Source: Polyangiaceae bacterium
GTDB taxonomy: Bacteria > Myxococcota_A > Polyangia > Polyangiales > Polyangiaceae
Direction of reading: 5' to 3'
Assembly: GCA_033763455.1 (NCBI GenBank)
Contig: JANRKO010000049.1
Span: 1-57,964, forward strand
DNA: 57,964 nucleotides
Shown here piece by piece: positions 51,781 to 57,964 of the stretch (the stretch's first letter is position 1; every line of letters starts with the position of its first letter). A model generated the notes under the pieces. That model did not search any database and had not been told where the DNA came from. It saw only the letters and a program-made list of their open reading frames with translations. Made by a program: the position numbers and the translations under genes.

Positions 51781-52816
51781 TTGCGTTTGCATTCGCGCGC
51801 GTCTTGTTGGACAAGTAAACAACTGCCAACGGCGCGATCAAGGCCGCAACTAAGAGCTGGAGGCCGAACACCGGGATATCTGCCGCGCCCCGCGCCAGCA
51901 GGGCTAGCGAAACGGCGGCCGCAAGTGGCTCCTTGGGCGTTTCCGCGAGCAAGAGGGCTAACGAGAAAGGCAACACGAGCGAGGTGAGCATACGAGAAAC
52001 GCGCGCGTCCCCCCACGGAGTCGAGTTGGGCTGCAGATTATCCAGCGAGCGCTGCACCAGTACTTGGAAGAACGAAGCGTCCGAGTGCTGGGCACTTTCG
52101 GCGGCAAAATAGATCACGGCACCCAGAAGGAGAGCCGCCAAAAATAAACCAGCGTTGGCGCGCCTTCTGATGGGATTGAGCATACCCGCGGCAACGAGCA
52201 GCACTCCAATACTAGCGCTGAGACTCAGTATGCTAAGGACAGCGGAGGGATGTTTGGGTGCGCTCCCCCAGGGCAAGATGTCCCCTAGGGAGCCGAACAG
52301 TCGCGCGATAGTGGAGAACGCGCTCAATCCGAGGGCTAGCCCGAGCAGCCGGGTAGGTGCCTGGGTGACGGCAAGTGCTGCCGCGAAAAACGCGACAAAA
52401 CTAGTAGTTAAACCGAGCACCAATAAGAGAAGCTCTGGGAGCTGCTTTTGCGTTGCTGCGACGCAGAGAAAAACAGCAAACCCTGCCATTGGGGCCACGG
52501 CAAGCCGATAAATGAGCGGCAAGCGCGACGTGCCTAGGCTTTGAGTCATTAGCTGAATGGCCAGCACAATGCCGAGCACCGCAAAGAACTGCGTGGCCCA
52601 CGCGCCCACAAAATCCGAGAGCGAGATCCAACGTTCGATGCCCTGGCGTGCACCCGGTAGCGCTGCGCTCACCCCTTTGCCCGCAAGTGATGCCAAGACA
52701 GCAGCACCCGCTGTTAGCTTGAGAACCAGTGGCGAAAGCTCGAGCAGTGGGCCCGCGTGTCCCTTGGGTGCGCTCCGCTGCTCGCCCTTGGGCACGTTGT
52801 GTTCGGTAGTTGCCAA
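51770..52816 (-). CDS. Hypothetical integral membrane protein
   Basis: 348-aa ORF with about 9-10 hydrophobic segments. Confidence 0.6.
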   Translation of the reverse strand: MATTEHNVPKGEQRSAPKGHAGPLLELSPLVLKLTAGAAVLASLAGKGVSAALPGARQGIERWISLSDFVGAWATQFFAVLGIVLAIQLMTQSLGTSRLPLIYRLAVAPMAGFAVFLCVAATQKQLPELLLLVLGLTTSFVAFFAAALAVTQAPTRLLGLALGLSAFSTIARLFGSLGDILPWGSAPKHPSAVLSILSLSASIGVLLVAAGMLNPIRRRANAGLFLAALLLGAVIYFAAESAQHSDASFFQVLVQRSLDNLQPNSTPWGDARVSRMLTSLVLPFSLALLLAETPKEPLAAAVSLALLARGAADIPVFGLQLLVAALIAPLAVVYLSNKTRANANAITH

Positions 52817-52830
52817 GCCGAGCCCGGACC

Positions 52831-54513
52831 TTACCAGCCTGCCGCGAGAACGGCATGTTTTCGGCCGAGGCCCGGCACCCGAGAGCCGTGTTGCTGCGGC
52901 TGCTCTTGGAAGGGCGGCCGCGGCGGGGCTTCTAAGGCAGGCGGCGCCGACGAGGGCTGTGCTTTCAACATGAACGGGTGAGCAAAATACGTGGAGCAGG
53001 CGTAAAAAGGGTTCCGATAAAATTCCCAGTGCAAGTAAACGCGCCCATCAGGTGATACGATTTCTTTCGGCGGCGGGCCAAAGGGTGAAGACTGCTGAAT
53101 CGCTTCGAGTGCCGCGACGTCAAACGAGGTGACGCCGCTGGTTTTCGTGACGCCCATCCGCACCAGCTTTCCACTCTCTTGATCCAGCACAATCTCCAGG
53201 TTGGTGCTCAGATCTTTGCCGTTCATCACGTGATCCGATGGTAGCCTATCCAGCGAGCCAAGAAAGCGGATCGCGAACACCGGGTGGATGCGGTTGTGGA
53301 TGTCATTTAAGTAGCTGGCAAACGGCACCGCAGCAGTATTTAACGCAGTGGTATTGCCGAGCTTGACGCTGGGTACGTAGTTTTCAATCGCGCTTCGCCA
53401 CTTCTCTAGCCCCATCGTTTGAAAGGAGCCGCGGTGTCGGCTGCGCCTCTGCTCTGCATCGCGCTCGCGATCTTGCCGGAGCGTATCCTTGCCAATGGCA
53501 GCGAGGGCAGTGGAAGGTGACAGATTCAAGTTCACACCGTTTTCGGTCGTGCCTTGGGCTCCTAGCCCCAAAAAGTCGGTTGCGCGTTGCGCTTTGCGAG
53601 CCTGGCGGCGCTTCTGTGCCAATACCGCTTCACGCGCGGCTTGTGCGTCAGCCATGCCAAAGCTAGTCCCGCTTGAACGCAAGGTGTCTGGAATTTCCGG
53701 CGCTGCAGCTTGCGCGAGGTGCCCAGCTTGAGCCTTCTGTGCGGTCTCAGTCTTTTCGACCTTGAGCCCCACCGCGTTTAGGTTGGCTTCCTGTTTGGGT
53801 GCTGAAGCGGGCTCAGCCTCCGCCTTCTTCCCGCCCTCTTTGTCTTCGGATTGAGCGAGCTCGTTCTCCTCGGCGTCCCCTTGCGTTTCTTTGGGCCCAC
53901 CCAGATGCGTGCCGGGGCTCGGTGCCGGATCATCCTGATTGGTGGAGGTAATCCGAGCTTGCGTTTCCTCTTCAACCTTGTTCGCGTTATCCGCAATCAA
54001 GGCGGCATTAGGATTAGACTGATCTTTGTCCTTTACGTGCTGCTTTACGGCGATGCGATTGGGAACAGCAACCACAGCAAGAGGGACTTCCTTCTTCGGT
54101 TCATCCGCTTTCTTGGGCGTTTCAGCTGGTTTTTCTTCAGGCTTGGGCTCCGCCTTCTTGAGCTCCTCTACCTTTTGAAGCTCTTTCTGTTTTTCCTTTT
54201 CGAGCGCCAACTTCTCCGGCCGCGGTGCCACGGCATCCTCCCGGGGTTGTTCGTCCTGCTCAGGGCTTGGGCCTTTGGGTGGCTCCGGCGCTATAACTTC
54301 TTCCTCCGGTACGTCTTCGTCCAGCAGGGTAACCTCGACTGGTGGCTCCAAGCGTGCCCGAACGTGGCTGCGGACGTCGTTGGCAAACGCGCGCACCATT
54401 TCACGTTGCTCCGCGATGCGAGCGCCTTGCTCGAGGCCCCCACCGGACGACAAATGAAGCAGCACCGCCACGGCAACCCAAAGAAAAATAGGGATGTGGG
54501 AGTCGCGGGGCAT
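52831..54513 (-). CDS. TonB/TolA-like energy transducer (N-terminal TM, charged linker, TonB-C-like domain)
   Basis: TM ending LLH, E/K/P-rich linker and TSGVTSFDVAALEAI..SSPFGPPP. Confidence 0.75.
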   Translation of the reverse strand: MPRDSHIPIFLWVAVAVLLHLSSGGGLEQGARIAEQREMVRAFANDVRSHVRARLEPPVEVTLLDEDVPEEEVIAPEPPKGPSPEQDEQPREDAVAPRPEKLALEKEKQKELQKVEELKKAEPKPEEKPAETPKKADEPKKEVPLAVVAVPNRIAVKQHVKDKDQSNPNAALIADNANKVEEETQARITSTNQDDPAPSPGTHLGGPKETQGDAEENELAQSEDKEGGKKAEAEPASAPKQEANLNAVGLKVEKTETAQKAQAGHLAQAAAPEIPDTLRSSGTSFGMADAQAAREAVLAQKRRQARKAQRATDFLGLGAQGTTENGVNLNLSPSTALAAIGKDTLRQDRERDAEQRRSRHRGSFQTMGLEKWRSAIENYVPSVKLGNTTALNTAAVPFASYLNDIHNRIHPVFAIRFLGSLDRLPSDHVMNGKDLSTNLEIVLDQESGKLVRMGVTKTSGVTSFDVAALEAIQQSSPFGPPPKEIVSPDGRVYLHWEFYRNPFYACSTYFAHPFMLKAQPSSAPPALEAPPRPPFQEQPQQHGSRVPGLGRKHAVLAAGW

Positions 54514-54586
54514 AAGCTCAGCCAGTGGAGGAGGACTCAAACCTACCACCCAGCTGGAGGCCCAGCAATTCAGAGCCTAAATGGGC

Positions 54587-55432
54587 TCAAAGCTTGCTAA
54601 TGCCGTCCCAATTTTGCCCGATTTCTTCGGCCGTCCACACCCCATCGTTGGCCTCTTTGAAGCGGCCCGAGCTTTCGACCATCTTGTAGACGCTGAGCTT
54701 GGCGCCCGCGACGCTGAGGATGCTGCCGGTGATATCGCGAGAGAGTTCGCTGGCAAAGAAGAGATAACCAGGAGCGACGTGATCTGGGGAGAGGCTGCTC
54801 TCGATCTTTTCGAACATTGGGAGATCTTCAGTCATCCGTGTTTTAGCAATAGGGGCGATCGCATTGGCGGTAATTCCGTAGCGCTGAAGTTCAATGGCTG
54901 AAGTTCGCGTTAGCCCGTAGATGCCGGCCTTGGCTGCGGAATAGTTAGCCTGCCCAAAATTGCCGAGCAAGCCCGAGATGCTCGTCGTGTTGATGATGCG
55001 CCCGCTAGATTGGTTCTTCATGTGCTGAGCGGCGGCCTGTGAGCACAAGAAGGTTCCCTTGAGGTGTACGTTTATAACGGCATCCCAGAGCTCTTCTTCG
55101 AGCTTCAGCAAGGTCTTGTCACGGAGAATGCCGGCAATGTTGGCAAGAATATCGATTCGCCCAAATTGATCGAGCGCCGCTTGAATGATGTGAGAGGCAC
55201 CTTCGCGCGTAGCGACGGTGTCCATGCTCGCCACAGCTTCTCCGCCCTGGGCTTTGATCTCAGCAACTACCTGATCGGCTACTTGGGTGCTTTCCCCGTT
55301 GCCATCGCGGGCACAGCCCACGTCATTAACAACAACTTTTGCCCCTTCCTTGGCAAAGAGCAGGGCGGTGGCGCGCCCAATGCCGTTGCCTGCCCCCGTA
55401 ACTACTGCAGTCTTTCCGTCGAGTAAGCCCAT
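54587..55432 (-). CDS. Short-chain dehydrogenase/reductase (3-hydroxyacyl-CoA dehydrogenase-like)
   Basis: TGAGNGIG, VVNDVG, AGILRD and YSAAK (YxxxK). Confidence 0.92.
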   Translation of the reverse strand: MGLLDGKTAVVTGAGNGIGRATALLFAKEGAKVVVNDVGCARDGNGESTQVADQVVAEIKAQGGEAVASMDTVATREGASHIIQAALDQFGRIDILANIAGILRDKTLLKLEEELWDAVINVHLKGTFLCSQAAAQHMKNQSSGRIINTTSISGLLGNFGQANYSAAKAGIYGLTRTSAIELQRYGITANAIAPIAKTRMTEDLPMFEKIESSLSPDHVAPGYLFFASELSRDITGSILSVAGAKLSVYKMVESSGRFKEANDGVWTAEEIGQNWDGISKL

Positions 55433-55540
55433 GCGTTCACCTCTTGCCGTTCAATTACAGTTAAAGAAGAGCGTTTTCACTTTAGCCAAAAGCGTAGCGT
55501 GTTTGCTCCGAAGGGAACACGTTCGCGCGCGACCCAACTG

Positions 55541-55942
55541 CTACCAAACCAAAACCAACCCCTGAGCCACCCCGGCCGGCCGCGATGTTGGATGTTCGGG
55601 CCTTAGCGCCAAATCTGCTAAATAGGCGACAGAAACGCCGACAAGCGTGCCGGTGGCATCCCAGGCAAAATCTTTCCAGGAAGGATCGCCCCGGCCTGTT
55701 GCGTCGTAGAGCTCTTTTGCGGCGCCCGGCATGAGGCCGCCTAACGTGCCGGCAAGGATGCGCGAAGTGCTGTCTTCAACGAAGAGCGAGGAGAGAGCGT
55801 ACGAGGACGAGGCCAGGCCGACGGAGACGCCAAAATGTAGAGCCTTGTCCTCACCGAACCACTGATCTTCTGCGTGCGCAGTGGCCCCGCACACCAAGGT
55901 GGCCAGAAATGCGCTGAATGCGGTGGCGAGTTTTAGGTGCAT
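55541..55942 (-). CDS. YfiM-like secreted/membrane protein
   Basis: Signal ending AHA, DQWFGEDKALHF, KELYD and SWKDFAWD; start chosen at MHLKL. Confidence 0.75.
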   Translation of the reverse strand: MHLKLATAFSAFLATLVCGATAHAEDQWFGEDKALHFGVSVGLASSSYALSSLFVEDSTSRILAGTLGGLMPGAAKELYDATGRGDPSWKDFAWDATGTLVGVSVAYLADLALRPEHPTSRPAGVAQGLVLVW

Positions 55943-55946
55943 CCCA

Positions 55947-55998
55947 TGGAGCTTCAGAGGTTGGTGAAGTGGAGCTTCAGAGGTTGGTGAAGTGGAGC
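55947..55998. repeat. 23-bp tandem repeat (about 2.3 copies)
   Basis: TGGAGCTTCAGAGGTTGGTGAAG twice, followed by TGGAGC. Confidence 0.9.
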
Positions 55999-56053
55999 GC
56001 TGCGGACGCGGAAGGGTGGGGGGTGTAGATACAGGAAAGGTACTTAGCATGCT

Positions 56054-57572
56054 CTCATGGTTGATCACTGTGTAGCTGTAATTTGGCGGCGGTCCAGCCT
56101 TCGGTCAGGGTGCTTAGTTTTTCAAAGCCTCGGGCGAGCGTGAGCCAACCCGGGTTCGGCTTGTACCTGATGTGACCGCCGAGGACCGCGATAGCGAAAT
56201 ACACTTCTTGGGTTGTCGGAGTTGCGCTCAGCTTCATGCGCCCTTTTACGCGCAGCACATCGATGTGGTCTTTGGATAGGACAGTGATGGCACTCTCATC
56301 GGGTGCTCGCCGGGCTTCACTTCGGAGCAGCAGTAAGTGGTACGCAATGGGTGCGAAAGTGGCCAGCAGGTTAACAAGAGACTCGTAATCTTGAAGTTGC
56401 CGTGCTTCGAAAGCACACCCAGTCTTCAACGCTTTGAAGTATTCCTCGATCGTCCACCGAGCACGGTAATAATCCACGATGGCGAGCTGCTGTTCAGGTG
56501 TTTCAATGGGTTCAGTCGTGTAGAGGTACCATTCAACTGCGGCTTCACCTTCGGGGGGTGATGCCTCCCATACTCGCACTACGTTGATCGTGAGCGTGGG
56601 TCCCGTTTCAGTTACGTGCTTGCGGCGTGTTTTCGGCCTCTTTAATGCGACCTCCGTCGCAGCTATAGAAAGCTTCGCAGTTCGCTCCGAACGAGGCGGA
56701 TGGATCTTCGCCTGAATCGCCAACTGCTTCGGTTTTCGGCGTACAAGTGGCACTTCTCGTTCGATTGTGGACGGTGTCTGCTCAAGCAGAGTTCGTAGCT
56801 TTACGTTCCCTGTCGGAGTCTCCAACCATCGGTTGTTCAAGCACCTAGCTACGAAGCGATGCTTGTCTTCAACAAGAGCATGGAACATCTGGTAGTCGTC
56901 GGCCTCCCGATCCATCAAATGGATGGCCGTCTTATGAGCGTTGAGCTGCTCAGACGTTGCTTTGATTTGGTCCTCCCATCGCTGGTACTCAGTTCCAGTC
57001 GGTTCCGGACCACGCGTCCACGTTTTCAACCCAGCAACCCCCAACGGCCGACGCGTTCCGTCAGCAGCCACCGCCAAAGAGAAATGCCCAAAGAACCGCT
57101 GACCCGACTGCGGCTTCGAACGCACAATTCGGCCAAGACCCTGTCGCTCACCGCCCCAGCGATATGAAAAGTCCGTCGTATCGTGAAGCACAAGAACATC
57201 GCCGGCGCTCTCGCATCTTGCCCTCGTTGCCTCTATGTGCGGTCGCAGAATATCGTCGGACGTAACCTGAAAGTTCGAAAAGAATCGATACGCCGCCTCA
57301 AGCCCCGCGTCGTCCAACAAGCACGGCAGGCTCTTGCTCGGATCTTCCGCCAAACTAACGACAATCTGTCTCAGCCGCTTGTTGAGTCGTTCATCGGCAA
57401 AATTCCCATCCCCAACTTCGAGTGCAAGACCGTTGTGACGTGTAGCTTCTGACATCTGATCCTTTGATCACAGCCAGATCCTCAACACAATCAAGAAGTT
57501 AAATAACTCTCGCCCCCATCACGATTATTTCCACGCTGTAACTTTTCCGCCCTCACTGCGTTGATAGGTGAG
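56054..57572 (-). mobile_element. IS4-family insertion sequence, copy 1 (about 1519 bp)
   Basis: 5' end fixed at 57572 by the identity boundary with copy 2; 3' end inferred at CTCA 56054, overlapping the stop codon. Confidence 0.8.
56055..57455 (-). CDS. IS4-family DDE transposase (IS50/Tn5-like)
   Basis: DERLNKR..AAYRFF N-terminal domain, LHDTT, MDREAD and the YREK motif YRARWTIEEYFKALK. Confidence 0.95.
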   Translation of the reverse strand: MSEATRHNGLALEVGDGNFADERLNKRLRQIVVSLAEDPSKSLPCLLDDAGLEAAYRFFSNFQVTSDDILRPHIEATRARCESAGDVLVLHDTTDFSYRWGGERQGLGRIVRSKPQSGQRFFGHFSLAVAADGTRRPLGVAGLKTWTRGPEPTGTEYQRWEDQIKATSEQLNAHKTAIHLMDREADDYQMFHALVEDKHRFVARCLNNRWLETPTGNVKLRTLLEQTPSTIEREVPLVRRKPKQLAIQAKIHPPRSERTAKLSIAATEVALKRPKTRRKHVTETGPTLTINVVRVWEASPPEGEAAVEWYLYTTEPIETPEQQLAIVDYYRARWTIEEYFKALKTGCAFEARQLQDYESLVNLLATFAPIAYHLLLLRSEARRAPDESAITVLSKDHIDVLRVKGRMKLSATPTTQEVYFAIAVLGGHIRYKPNPGWLTLARGFEKLSTLTEGWTAAKLQLHSDQP

Positions 57573-57834
57573 CGCATGACAAGTATCTCTGCTCGCCGTG
57601 AACCCTCGCCTCCGGGTTACGGCGTGCTTGCTTCCCAGCGTCCCCAGCTATCGCTTCGTCGGCGCGAAGAAGGGGGCGTGTGCTTCGATCCTGATTCTTC
57701 GCATGACAAGTATCTCTGCTCGCCGTGAACCCTCGCCTCCGGGTTACGGCGTGGTTGCTTCCCAGCGTCCCCAGCTATCGCTTTGTCCGCGCGGCAAGGG
57801 GGGGGTGTGCTTCGATCTAGATTCTTCGCATGAC
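57573..57834. repeat. Two tandem 127-bp repeats plus 8 bp of a third
   Basis: Units 57573-57699 and 57700-57826 differ at 10 positions by my count; CGCATGAC recurs at 57573, 57700 and 57827. Confidence 0.95.
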
Positions 57835-57964
57835 CTCACCTATCAACGCAGTGAGGGCGGAAAAGTTACAGCGTGGAAATAATCGTGATGGGGGCGAGAG
57901 TTATTTAACTTCTTGATTGTGTTGAGGATCTGGCTGTGATCAAAGGATCAGATGTCAGAAGCTA
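57835..57964 (+). mobile_element. IS4-family insertion sequence, copy 2 (5' end only, inverted relative to copy 1)
   Basis: Exact reverse complement of 57443-57572, with transposase ATG at 57952 (MSEA...). Confidence 0.9.

Noticed and set aside
57573..57834. CRISPR array or integron attC array
   Set aside because: Units are 127 bp and ~92% identical with no unique spacers or cassettes, and there is no cas or intI gene in the window
57598..57882. 94-aa ORF
   Set aside because: Runs across out-of-frame repeat units and into the IS end; probably spurious

Overview
A GC-rich chromosomal segment whose gene content (PilZ/TIGR02266-type proteins, Hanks-type kinases, multi-DsbA proteins, alternative complex III) points to a myxobacterium, probably Polyangiaceae-like (inference). 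Both edges lie in mobile DNA. The left edge is the end of an integrative element: the 3' end of a group II intron (domains V/VI), an excisionase-like HTH gene, and a tyrosine integrase whose reading frame runs antisense through the tRNA-Arg(CCG) target. The right edge holds an IS4-family element plus the start of a second inverted copy, and the two bracket two structured 127-bp repeats. The core region encodes gloB, an esterase, two PilZ proteins, single- and triple-domain DsbA proteins preceded by a candidate secreted arrest-peptide leader, a tandem dual kinase, a MATE pump, pyrG, dacB, a complete ACIII + A2-type caa3 oxidase operon, a sigma-70 factor with a probable sigma-54 promoter, rpmI-rplT-pheS, carB, a FliJ/YscO-like gene coupled to a lytic transglycosylase, a LOG protein, a dipeptidase, a second kinase, heme o synthase, a TonB-like protein and an SDR. 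All calls come from motif recognition by eye with no database searches, and several start codons are my own choices within the supplied ORFs.
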